A stretch of DNA of 64,000 bases from a virus. The position numbers and the translations under genes were made by a program. The DNA is taken from the IMG/VR virus record IMGVR_UViG_3300029448_000009, positions 21,155-85,154 of that record, one strand, 5' to 3'. Positions 27,665 to 39,000 of this stretch are shown here, piece by piece; the first letter of the stretch is position 1; the number at the start of each line of letters is the position of its first letter. The notes beneath the pieces were generated by a model, which saw only the letters and a list, made by a program, of their open reading frames with translations, made no database searches and was not told the DNA's origin.

Positions 27665-27981
27665 TGAAATTTGATGATAAACTAGACAAACAAGTAAAAA
27701 AAATTACTGACTTACTAAAATTCAAAAACAAGTCATATGGTAACAGTGCATTAGAACCAGCTAATATCTTTAGCCAAGCTAATGCCATCGACTCTCTATC
27801 TGCAAGGATAGATGATAAATTGATGCGCATTAAAAATAAAGGGATTTACGATGCAACTGAAGATACAGTCAAAGACTTAATAGGTTATTTGCTACTGTTA
27901 CTTATGGCTATTGAAGAAAGAGAATTAGAAATAAAGAATGAGTCTAAAACCTCTTTCGCTAATTCCACTCTTCAAGTTTAA
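27664..27981 (+). CDS. DUF1599 / nucleotide-modification-associated domain protein
   Basis: LLKFKNKSYGNS...ARIDDKLMRI...EDTVKDLIGYL pattern. Confidence 0.7.
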   Translation: MKFDDKLDKQVKKITDLLKFKNKSYGNSALEPANIFSQANAIDSLSARIDDKLMRIKNKGIYDATEDTVKDLIGYLLLLLMAIEERELEIKNESKTSFANSTLQV

Positions 27982-27984
27982 TTT

Positions 27985-28019
27985 AGGAGGGCCTTTCAAT
28001 TTCAAGGGAGGCCCTTTTA
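27985..28019. terminator. Hairpin at the convergent module junction (probable bidirectional terminator)
   Basis: AGGGCCTTTC-N8-GGGAGGCCCT followed by TTT, between converging stops at 27981 and 28017. Confidence 0.65.
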
Positions 28020-31000
28020 TATTCTTGTTACGTATGGATTATTCTTATCTTGATCGTAAACCTCAAGAACTCTTCTTAATTGCGACCATCCTGGTACAAA
28101 CTTTAAAGTATGATAAAACATAGGAGTCTTATCTCTTTTGTTTTCTGGTATTATACTTAACATTTCTAACGACTCTGTCCATCCATTATTTACAACTTTT
28201 ATACTATCTGTAAACAATCCTGTTAACGGTATAAGGCCTCTAGTAAATGTAGCAAACTCTACAGGATTTAATGTAAAACCTAATTCCATTTGAGTTCTTG
28301 CTAATAACATGTACATCTTTCTACTTAACCATGTTTTATTTTTAAACTTCTCATCATCTGGACCTACTCCCATTCCCATAGCCATCGCTGCTATATACAT
28401 TCCCAATAACGCTCTTATTTCCGCTAACGTTCTTTTAACAGATCGTTGCCTCATTCTTAAAAACTCTTTAAATGGTATATTTTGTAACCGTTTATCTGTT
28501 TGATTTCTTTTCCACCTTTCAAATTCTGTTTCAGCTGCTTTTGTTCTACTTTTAAATTTCTTTTCCATAGCAGGTGTCCACTTCCCTTCTTTTTCTAATT
28601 TTGCTTTTTCTGCTGGATCCGTAATAAATTTATTTAAAAATGCTAATTGAGTTATAGCATCTAATCCTTTTTGTAAAGAGCCCTGTAAAATTGTTTTAAA
28701 TCCTAATTCTTCTCTTAATAAAGTTTTTCCATGCGATCCTGTTCCTAATCCTTTTAAGAATCCCCAATATCTACCTTCTTCTAATACTTTTAATACATCA
28801 TTATATTTTCTATCCCCAAATCTAGACTCAACTACTCCTGGCATCCAACTTTTAAACTGCATCATTATTTGTCCTGTTAAAGATGTACTAAATGCTGTTA
28901 TGTTTTCGTCACTCATTTCCCCTTTTATCTTTCTAGCCATTGCTTTTACCCTTAATCTAAAATCTTCATAAGACGATTGAGTTAATCCTTCAATTATTAA
29001 ATTACCTTCTTTATGATTTTTTGAAAAACTTTCCCATAACGACTTTGTTCCTGCAGGAAGATCGACAAGTCTTTGTAAAACACCCTCTTTATCAATACCA
29101 TGGTTTTGTGCCATAGCTACTGTTATCATACCATCTATATTTTCATCTGGATTTCTTAATGGAGCATACCAGTTATTTAAGTCTAACCATTTATTAGAAG
29201 CTTTTGCAGACAAATCTCTAGCTTTTTGCCAAGTTAATCCTGATTGAAAAGGGTCTATATACTGAACTAATGCATGCCACGCTTTATTTTGATCTGTTCC
29301 CAGCTGTATAAAAGCTTTTCTTGCTATATTTAATTGTTTATTATTATAATGTACACCATCTATACCGTTATAAAAAGCGTTAAAACCCCCTGTAATTCTA
29401 GCTGCTATACCTGGAATAACTGCAAATCCTAATACTTTTGCAGAGTATATAGATTGTAAAGTTTTAATTGTTTTTATTTTACTTATACCCAACATTGTAC
29501 TATCTTCATCTTGTATTTTTTGTCCGTACAAATAAAAATTTATAAACTTATCATAGGTTGCTAATAATTCTGGAGACGCGTCTTGTTTTCTAATTTCTGA
29601 TCCTTGATATTGTAATTGTCCTTTTTTAGTTACAGCTTCTCCTCTTTCTATAACCATCTCTTTTAGCCCCATAACATAAGATTCTATTTCTCCCATGTGT
29701 TTATGATTATAAAGACTTGTTGCTAATAAATATAAAGACTTAGATAGATCTGTGGATTTCATTCCAGCAGCTACCTCTCCATGACTATTTGTTAAATCAT
29801 TTAAATATGGTAAAGGTATTTGACTTATCATTGAGCCGTCATTGTTATAATTAAACACACCCATTGTTTCTGTTTCTTCTTTAATCATAAAACTTCTCGA
29901 CAGGGCATCAGCCATTTCATTCATTCCTTTAAATCCTAATCCATTATTTAATAAAGATTCCATCATGTCGTCTTTTACATTAGCTATAAAGTTTGGTCCT
30001 ATATTAATATTAGCTTGATTGCTCATATTTTCTATAGTTTCTCTATACTTATTGTAATAATCTAACACAGGTTTATTAGCTGCTATACGTTTAAATTTTT
30101 CAGAATAATTGTCTTGAGGATTTTTAGGTTCTAAAAACATTCCCCAGTATTGATTTAACCAAGCTTTACCATATAAAGGATCAAAAACGTTGTATTTTTC
30201 ATCCCACCTTTTAATATTTGCTTTTCTTATAGCCATATTTTTAGAAGGTTTAACAACTAATTTACCTTTGTCGTTGTATTCTCTTAGATCTGGATGTAAA
30301 AACTCTTCTCGCGCAATCATATTTTTTCTCATTTGATTGAATTTTTTTCTAGCGCCTTCTTTAATTTTAAAGTTTTCTTTCATCCAAACTTCATCTCCCT
30401 TTTCCTGTTTTGTTTTAATTTGATCTCTAAAATCTTTAGAAAACATAGGAACTAAAGTTTTAAAAATAGTTTCATCTTTTTCATTTTTAGTTTCTTCTAT
30501 TAGTACATCTCTAAAAGCTTCTGTTAAAGTCATCCCATTGTCTTTAGCCCACTTGTTTAACCCTCCATTTCTTTTACCATTCTTATCTTTAGGTCCAAAT
30601 GTAATATCTTGTATTTCTTCATATATACCATCTGTAACTGCTTTTGTTTTATTAAAAGATTGATAGATTTTTTTATATGCAGCTCTAAATGCTGGATGTG
30701 GGAATACATCCATAGTTGTAAAATTCTTACTTAACCATCCTGTAGTTTTAGGAGTTTCTGATAAATCTATATCATCACGTTGTGCTTTTGTAGTAATTTT
30801 TTGCATCCATGCATCTCTAACACGTTGTAAATTATTATTTACAATAGTTGAAGCAGCATTAAAAGCGTCTTGATAATTTCTTGCTTCTTCTTTATTTTTA
30901 GAGTTTTTAAGTTTATCATCAAAATACTTTATTGTTTTATCTGTAATACCTTTAAACAATACAAAATCTTCATATATAGACTTTAAGTCATTTTCATCTA

Positions 31001-33077
31001 GGTAGTCTGGATGATTTACATCTTGTATACCTACACCAGATGTAACCAAACTAATTCTTTGTGCAACTTTATCTATTAAACTTTTTATGTCTCCTTTTAC
31101 AACAAGTTCTTGCATACCATCTTCTAGGATCTCTATACGAGCTTGCAGCTTAGCAAAGTCTGTTCTTTTAGCTTTTATATTTCTTTGTTGAGTTTTTAAT
31201 CTTTTAATTTGATTATCTAATTTGTTTACTAGCTCGTCTAGTTCTTCATAATCTGTTTTTTCTAAAGCTACAGCAATAGATCTTAAGAATTCTGGATTTG
31301 TATGCGCCATTTCAAACTTAACAAGGTTATTAGTAAAGTTTTTAGCAACTGTTTTTGCAAATTCTACATGGATTGGTATGATTCTTGTTCTATTAAACTT
31401 TTCAACTTTATGAACCTCTTGTAACATATTCATATAAGTACTAATCTGTGTGTTATAGCTATCCATTTTTTGTCTAAAAGGATTTTTATCTATTTTTCCT
31501 TTATCTGTATAATAACTAGATGGAGATATTGTTTTCCAATCAAGTAGATCCATACTAGCGTCTGAATATACAACAGCAGCATCTATAGTTCCTGCTACGC
31601 CTGTCAGCCCCGCCATTTTACTGTGAGGATTTACAATTCTTAACTCAGTAAGTAAATTAGCTTTTCCTTCACCAATCTTTTTTTGTTGGATCTCTATTTG
31701 TTTAATATGATTTCTTACACCTGTTTTAAATATCTCAAAGTGTCTTCTAGTCATATTAGCTTCAGCTCGAATTTGTTCTAAAGTTTTTGTTCCTACACCA
31801 TCTACATCTATAACATCTATTAAATCACTTTTACCTCCATAAAAATTCATTAACTGCTGTGCAGCATTATGTATTCTAATACCATTTTTTCTTAAATGTT
31901 GACTTCTTTCTAGGTTAGATATTTCTAAAGCTCTTTGTTTACCTTTTTGTCTAACAAAATCTCTAGTACTTTTATCTGTAACACGATTACTAATAATATA
32001 TTCTACTCCGTTTTTAGTAAATTTATATCTTTTCAGTTTTTTACCTTCAGAAAACTCTTCTATAACCTCTAATTGTCTAGGCAGTTTACCATCCTCTTCT
32101 TGTATCCATTCTTTTATAACTAAGTTTTTATGATCTTCTTTTAGACTGTTAGTTACCTTTTCTTGTGGAGTTTCTGTTTCATTTGTTTCTTCTTGTTGTA
32201 ACATTTCAACGTCCCCAATCTCTTCCACGGCATCTTTATATGTTGTTTTACTTTCTAGCAACATATTTTCCGCAGCTGCTAAAAATGGATTATTCTCTCC
32301 TCCAAAAAATTTCTTAATTGCATTTAATACTTTTTGAAACCATCTACCAAATCTAGATATGTTTGGCTTACTTTCTGCAGAAGAGTGTGTGTTAACAACT
32401 TCAGCTGCTATTAGTTTTCCTATTGCTTCGTCTCTTAGTTTAGACTGATTAGGAGAACCGTCCTCGTTTTGATATAAAGGATTAGAAGAATACTCATTAG
32501 TTACTTTCTTTAACATGTCGTACTTATCTATACTTCTTAGCATAGATTGGTATAAAGGACTATCTTTAGCCTTTAACAGTTCGACAAATAAATGTGATGC
32601 TTCTTCAGGTAATGTAGTTATATCTGCTTTACCTCTTACAACTTGAACAGTTTTTAATAACGTATCTAATTTAGCAACTCCTGAAATGTTATTACCTGCA
32701 CGATCTGTAAGGCTGTCTACAACCTTTGTAGTAAATCCAAATTCGAGTAAAAAGTCTTTCATTCTTTCATTTAACTCTTTATTTGCATCTTCTATAACGG
32801 GATCTGTTTCTTGCTGATTATAAATATTTACTTCAGGTTTAGGTAAAGTCTCCATAACAGACTCGACACTTTCTATGTACGGTTCCCCATTCTCATCTAA
32901 AACATCTTCAAATTTATTTTTAAATGCTTTTGTTTGAGTCTCAAGCCATACTTTATGCGCTTCTTCTTTGCTGCCCAGTCTAGAAACTAGATCATTAAAC
33001 AGGTTAGAAGGACTACCATTGTTTGCGTATACTTGTGATACACTCCCATCTATATTTTTTACTACGTTACATGCCAT
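28017..33077 (-). CDS. Large virion (ejection/cargo) protein with degenerate zincin-like motif and PD-(D/E)XK nuclease domain
   Basis: 1686 aa directly downstream of the virion RNAP gene. LPEEASH...DEAIGKL, and GIRIH...TELRI...GTIDAAVV...LLDWKT...YNTQISTY. Confidence 0.7.
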   Translation of the reverse strand: MACNVVKNIDGSVSQVYANNGSPSNLFNDLVSRLGSKEEAHKVWLETQTKAFKNKFEDVLDENGEPYIESVESVMETLPKPEVNIYNQQETDPVIEDANKELNERMKDFLLEFGFTTKVVDSLTDRAGNNISGVAKLDTLLKTVQVVRGKADITTLPEEASHLFVELLKAKDSPLYQSMLRSIDKYDMLKKVTNEYSSNPLYQNEDGSPNQSKLRDEAIGKLIAAEVVNTHSSAESKPNISRFGRWFQKVLNAIKKFFGGENNPFLAAAENMLLESKTTYKDAVEEIGDVEMLQQEETNETETPQEKVTNSLKEDHKNLVIKEWIQEEDGKLPRQLEVIEEFSEGKKLKRYKFTKNGVEYIISNRVTDKSTRDFVRQKGKQRALEISNLERSQHLRKNGIRIHNAAQQLMNFYGGKSDLIDVIDVDGVGTKTLEQIRAEANMTRRHFEIFKTGVRNHIKQIEIQQKKIGEGKANLLTELRIVNPHSKMAGLTGVAGTIDAAVVYSDASMDLLDWKTISPSSYYTDKGKIDKNPFRQKMDSYNTQISTYMNMLQEVHKVEKFNRTRIIPIHVEFAKTVAKNFTNNLVKFEMAHTNPEFLRSIAVALEKTDYEELDELVNKLDNQIKRLKTQQRNIKAKRTDFAKLQARIEILEDGMQELVVKGDIKSLIDKVAQRISLVTSGVGIQDVNHPDYLDENDLKSIYEDFVLFKGITDKTIKYFDDKLKNSKNKEEARNYQDAFNAASTIVNNNLQRVRDAWMQKITTKAQRDDIDLSETPKTTGWLSKNFTTMDVFPHPAFRAAYKKIYQSFNKTKAVTDGIYEEIQDITFGPKDKNGKRNGGLNKWAKDNGMTLTEAFRDVLIEETKNEKDETIFKTLVPMFSKDFRDQIKTKQEKGDEVWMKENFKIKEGARKKFNQMRKNMIAREEFLHPDLREYNDKGKLVVKPSKNMAIRKANIKRWDEKYNVFDPLYGKAWLNQYWGMFLEPKNPQDNYSEKFKRIAANKPVLDYYNKYRETIENMSNQANINIGPNFIANVKDDMMESLLNNGLGFKGMNEMADALSRSFMIKEETETMGVFNYNNDGSMISQIPLPYLNDLTNSHGEVAAGMKSTDLSKSLYLLATSLYNHKHMGEIESYVMGLKEMVIERGEAVTKKGQLQYQGSEIRKQDASPELLATYDKFINFYLYGQKIQDEDSTMLGISKIKTIKTLQSIYSAKVLGFAVIPGIAARITGGFNAFYNGIDGVHYNNKQLNIARKAFIQLGTDQNKAWHALVQYIDPFQSGLTWQKARDLSAKASNKWLDLNNWYAPLRNPDENIDGMITVAMAQNHGIDKEGVLQRLVDLPAGTKSLWESFSKNHKEGNLIIEGLTQSSYEDFRLRVKAMARKIKGEMSDENITAFSTSLTGQIMMQFKSWMPGVVESRFGDRKYNDVLKVLEEGRYWGFLKGLGTGSHGKTLLREELGFKTILQGSLQKGLDAITQLAFLNKFITDPAEKAKLEKEGKWTPAMEKKFKSRTKAAETEFERWKRNQTDKRLQNIPFKEFLRMRQRSVKRTLAEIRALLGMYIAAMAMGMGVGPDDEKFKNKTWLSRKMYMLLARTQMELGFTLNPVEFATFTRGLIPLTGLFTDSIKVVNNGWTESLEMLSIIPENKRDKTPMFYHTLKFVPGWSQLRRVLEVYDQDKNNPYVTRI

Positions 33078-36000
33078 TATTTACAAGTTGTTTTTTTCTC
33101 AATTGCTATTCGTTCTGCTATTTCTTTTGGATTTATTTTTAGTGTGTTTGCTATAGGATTTATAGCAGTAGTTCCTACTATTGTAACATTTCTTCTTTTT
33201 CTTAGCTGTCTTCTTAGTATTCCTAACCTCATCTTTTCTTCACTAGTCAAATCGTTTAAAAGTTTACTACCTGGTACTCCTACTTTAATTGATAAAGATT
33301 GATTTATATTATTAAGTCGTGTTTGTTCTTGCATCAATATATTTACAGCCATTTCACCTGTACCTGGTAAAAGTTTTGTTTGAAAGCTTCTCTTACCATT
33401 TTTAATTTGTTGTTGTATATCTTTTCTTAGTTGTTCTTCTACAATAGCAGCCCCATCTTCACCTTCATAGATCTCAGGTCTTACATGTTGTATGTTTACA
33501 ACTTTTTTGTAATCCTCTTCAGCATTAATGTTTTCTTTTGCATCAACCCCAACAACTTCATAAACACTTAACTTTTGATTTTTACTGCTGTCTAACCAAG
33601 AAGATGGTATTTTATTTTTACCTGATTTTATTTTAGGTAATAATTTATCCCAACTGTCATACCCTTCATTCCTTGCAAAGTTATCTAATTCTTCTGCACT
33701 ATCCAAACCTTTGTATTGTATTTCATCAACCAGTTTTAAATGTATCTTAGTGTTATCTGGTAACACATACACTTTACCGCTTTTGAAAGATCCTGCAGGA
33801 ACACTTATATTTTTAACTGCGCCCTTTGCAATTTGAGCTAATTCAAATTTAGAAAATGTAGTACCTATAGGAGAAATAATTTGTTTACTAAATACATCTT
33901 GTGTTTGAGTATATCGTAAATTGTTTTTATCAAGTATAGATTTTTCATTAGGATCTGTAGGGTATTCTTTTAAGTTTAACCCATTTCCTAATTTATCTAC
34001 TATTTCATATGATGCATAATCACTTTTGCTATTTTGATTTAAAGACTTTTTAAATAACAATGTTGTTTTAGGAACTGGTAATCCTTTAGCTTTTAACTCT
34101 TCTGCTTCCTGTGTTTCTACAGCATCTGTAATAACAGATACATATGGGAACCCGCTAGTAGGATCTGCAGATTTTATTTTAGGAAAAATATTTTTTGATT
34201 GTATTGTATACTTACTTCGAGGTAATCTTGGAACAATTCTAGAATTATGCCAATTGTTTCTAAAGAAATTATCAAAGAAATTAATTACATCTGTGCTACC
34301 AGGTTTTAGCTTATTAACTATTTGAACTGCACGTTCTGTAAACTTTTCTGTAGGTAATAAATGTAAGTAACTCATATTAGTTAAAGACATACCCGATTGT
34401 AAGATTGCATGGTCCACTAACATGTTTTGATCTGCTTCTGGTAACTCTAAGAAAGAATCTCTCATTAAGTTAGCTTCATAGTTATTTAAAACTCTAGTAT
34501 ATACTTTTATATTATCTGTACCTCTTAATGGTCCTGTTCTTACTTTTTCTATAGACGGTAATAAAGATTGTACAAAACTATTATTTGGGTACTCTTTTTG
34601 TAATTGTGCTACTCTTTTTGCAGCCGTGTTTTCCCCTAAAAATAATTGTTCTGCTTTGTCTCCTAATTTAACACCATCAAACTTATGTGATAATAAGGCA
34701 GCAATAACTAATTCATTTTCTGCTTCATTCATAACAGCTAATCTATTAGCATCACTTAATGGTAATTTATTATTAGAAAATATTTCAAAGATAGCATCTA
34801 GTTGACCAACAGCTCTAGGCCCCGCACGGTCTGTTAAGAACATAGAGTTAAACTGTTTTGATGCTGCTTCATGGGTTAAATAGAATTCATTTAAATGTGT
34901 TCTTAATATTAAATTATCTATGTTCCCAAATGTATTGTCTGCTTTAACTTGATCGTACTGTTCTAGTATTAATCGAGCATGATTTCTACCTTTTGGTTGT
35001 TTTGTATCAAAAGAGGTTGCTAAAGTTAAAGCTGTTAACTGTCCCCCAATTGCATCATACAATACAAAATCTTCTAGTATTTGTTGTTGATCTTGTGCTA
35101 GATTTTCTTTTACCAGTTCGGTTTTTGTTTTTTGAGACATTTCTTTTAACTGCTCTGCATTAAATAGTTTGTCTTGTCTGTTAGTTTGTGGTTTATTAGG
35201 ACTGTATAAATTTAATACAGCGTTAAGTATAACCTTTTTAGACATTGGGCTATTTTTAACCATTTGTATTTTACTTTTATTTACATTAAGTGCTTTAATG
35301 TAATCTTTTACAATTGGCTGATTAATTAAAAAGACAGCATTTCTTACTGGGACTCCTGATCTTAATAAAAACATAAGCGCATTTCCAACTTCAGGAACAA
35401 GGTTTAAGTCAGCTACAATAGGGTCTTCTGATGCATCTGCAAAAACATTCAATAATTCAGATGCAATTTCAGTTATTCTGTGCTCTCCATTAACATCGTA
35501 TATCCTGTCTAATCTAATTGGATTTCCTGTTAGTCCCCCAAAACCTTCTAAGTTTATACCTAATTTGCTAAACTTTTTTACTCCGTCTATCTCAGTGTTT
35601 GGTCTGAGATATAGCCCTGCCTGCTGTGATTTTACTATGTGTGTAGCATTGGTAGCGGCTATACCCAAACCATTCTTTCCTGATTGGAAATCCTTTGTGA
35701 TATTAAAGATATGTGGATATGATATTAGATCTGCGTATGTAACGTCTCTTTCTTTTATTCCTAGCTCATCTCTTATATCTAGTATTACCCTAGTTCCAAT
35801 AGGATTAAGTAATTGATTATAAGATCTAGAATTAGATAATATTTTTGTTTTTAAATCAATCATTCTGTTTTGTACAGCTCCGATGTGATTTAACTCTGTA
35901 GGATTTTTACCTTTATTTTCTGCAAAAAATTCATCTAATGAAGGTATTTTATTTGCTTTCTTTTTTAATTTATTAAACTCTTTTATAACGTCTTCTACAC

Positions 36001-39000
36001 GATCTGCACGATCTTTGTCAGGGTTACTTGCAAGTTTTCTAAATCTACTAAATAATACTTCTATTTCTGCATCTGAATAATCGTATAACTTATCACCTGC
36101 TATATTAGGATTCTCTCTAAAAATAGCCATTAACAAATTATTTACAGCTGCTTCTGTGCTTCCTAATTCTTGTTCCTGTGCAACGATTAAATCTTTATTT
36201 AACTTGCTCCAAAAGTTGTTAAATGGACCATACACAGCATTATAGTATACTGCCATACCTTCTTTGGTATTTGTATCTGCATTTATAAACTCTCTTTTTG
36301 TTATCATTCCATCTTTAACTGTATAAGATGGAAGATATAATGTTAATTTATCAATATCAAAATCAGACCCTGCTTTTACAACAAGCTCAGAAGGGACCAT
36401 AATTTGAGCCCCAGCTTCTGCAGGTAAAAAGCCTTTAATAGTCATAAAGTCTATAGAGTGCAACCCATCTGTAGGTATACGGAATCCTATTAATTCTAAT
36501 AAATTAGAGTCTCCTATTTTCTTTCCTCTTTCATTGTATATACCGTCCTGTCTTATTTCTAAATTTTTACCTAAGAGTTCTTTAAAGTAGTGTGGTAGGT
36601 ATACCTCCATACCAAGAGTTTCTGAGTCTTTATTTCTACGGTCTTTTTTACGGTAAAATTTTAAACCTGTTGCTCCTGAAGATTGTAATTTTCCTTCTTT
36701 TACAACCCTAACAACTTGTTCTTTTCCAATTGCAGTTTCTGATCCTAAAGAGGATACCTGTACTGCATTTTCACCTGTTACTTTTTGTGTAATAGTATTA
36801 TTAGATATTAAAGAAAACAATAAATTTTCAATTCTATTTTTATTTACAATTAAATCAAACACCTTTTTGTCCCCGTCAGGCTGATTTAATAAAGACTCAA
36901 TACCTGCAGCTACATTTTCTGGATAATTTCTTTTAGCTATTTCATCACGGATCATATCAGCAAACTTTTGCATGTTACCATCTTTTAGTTTATAGCTTGT
37001 TTCCCCGTTCTTAGTAGTTTGTTCTAGATTAAATCTTTTTAATAAATTTTCTCTACTTCTTCGTGTTATTTCATTAACTGCATCTAAATAATCTGATGCA
37101 TTTTTATGTACTTCAGATTTAGATTTCTTTTGTTCTTCAGTTAAACCTGCCCAAGTTTTTGTATCTCCTTCATAATCTACTGGCATTCCTCCTTCATACA
37201 GATTAGCAAGTATATGTGTTCTAGACTGCGTACCTAAAGTAACTTTACCTTTAAACTCTTTGTTAATATCTACTTGTATCCCAAAATAAGATAAATCTAT
37301 AACTGTGTGTAAATCAGGATCAATTGAGTTTATACCCCCATTTTCATTATAAAATGCAGGTGCGTTTCCTGTATCTAAACTTACTCTACTTCCCACTTTT
37401 GCTGCTGTAGGATGCATAACCATGTCTGTATTAGTTTCATACATGTTTTTTAACAGTCCTTTTAATGCAGTATCCTTTCCATTTATTCTAGTCATCTGTG
37501 GAAAAATAGGAGTTAAAGATAGTTTTAATCCTACCATTTGTTTTAATGGGGATATTGCAGGTCCAAATCCTTGAGGCTTTAGTGTTGGGAATGAGGTAAG
37601 TTCTTCTCTTGTAAGTTCCTGTCCTAACATTGCCTTTTTAAATAGATTTTCTTGTTTACCTGTCCAATCACCAATTCTCATCATAAGTTCTCTATAGAAA
37701 TGTATATTAGCAAATGCATTAGCATCTGCCTCTTCTATGTTTCTATATAGATTAGATATGTCCTCCCCTAAATATTCAGCATATTCTCTCCAATACACAC
37801 TTTCTGATACAGGATCTCCATAAACCATTATATTAGCTTGACCTGTATAGTTTTTATTGTGATCTCCGTATTCTTCTTTTATATCTTCACTAGTTTCTAC
37901 TTCATTACTGTTTAACCAAGAATTCATTAATTCATCAGTTCTAGGGAATTTTTTTGTACCAGATGCAAGTTTAGTTCTTTTGTATAGATCTTTATACTGC
38001 GCTACATCACCAAAGAAAAGTTTTAGTTGTTCTACATTACCTATAAAAGTTCTTAAGGTAAAAGCATGTGCAATGTCGTTTACTTGTGAATCAGTTAAAG
38101 TTGTTTTAGATACATTTTTGCTACCTAAAATTTCAGATATAGTTTGATAATCTAAACCATTATTAACAAATGTGTTTCCTTTTCCTTTGCTAATAATTTT
38201 ATTAGTTAACATCAAAGTTTTATTCTTTTTACTTTGATCATTTAAATATTGTATAATAGCTCTAATTAAGGTATTCTCATGTTTTGCTATAAATTGCCCA
38301 ACTGGTATATTACCTGCTAATGCAGCATCTAAATCTGAAATCTCAGATAAGTTTAGTCTAGATCTAACTATATGATTAAACACACGTAGTTCCCCAGCTT
38401 TATCTTTATAATCTTTAATATCTTTACCTACACCTTTAGTTCTAAATTGTACTGCTGTATTTAATTCGTCTATAAAGTATCCTAACAATTGTCCTTTAGC
38501 ATCTATTGCATCATTAAACTGCTCAATAGGTAATCTTACACCATATTCTGTTTTAGCATCTGCTGTTCTTAATATTGGGATAACACCATTTAAAACAGAG
38601 TTTATGTATACTGCAGCTCTATCTTCATATGTTAAATGTGAGGTATGTAATCCTTGATCTCCAGCCCTGTCTATTCTTAAGCCTTCAATAACATGCATGT
38701 CTATCTTTAAATTAGGGTTTTCAGACAGTGCTCTTAAAACTGCTGAATTCGCAACATACGGATTATTTTGAAAGTGCGGTAATAAAGTACCTTTGTTTAG
38801 TTTATTAGAAATCATACTCATATAATTATTTAATGTGATTCCATAAACAGGTTTACCTTCTGCATTTAAATGTTTTGGTTCAACTATCTTATCGTTAAAA
38901 AGCATTTCTACTTTTAATAAATTACCAAGTCTTGTTTGCGCGTCTAATGTTTCTTTAGCAAATAGATCTGCACCTAAGTTACCTTTTGGCAACTCTGATA

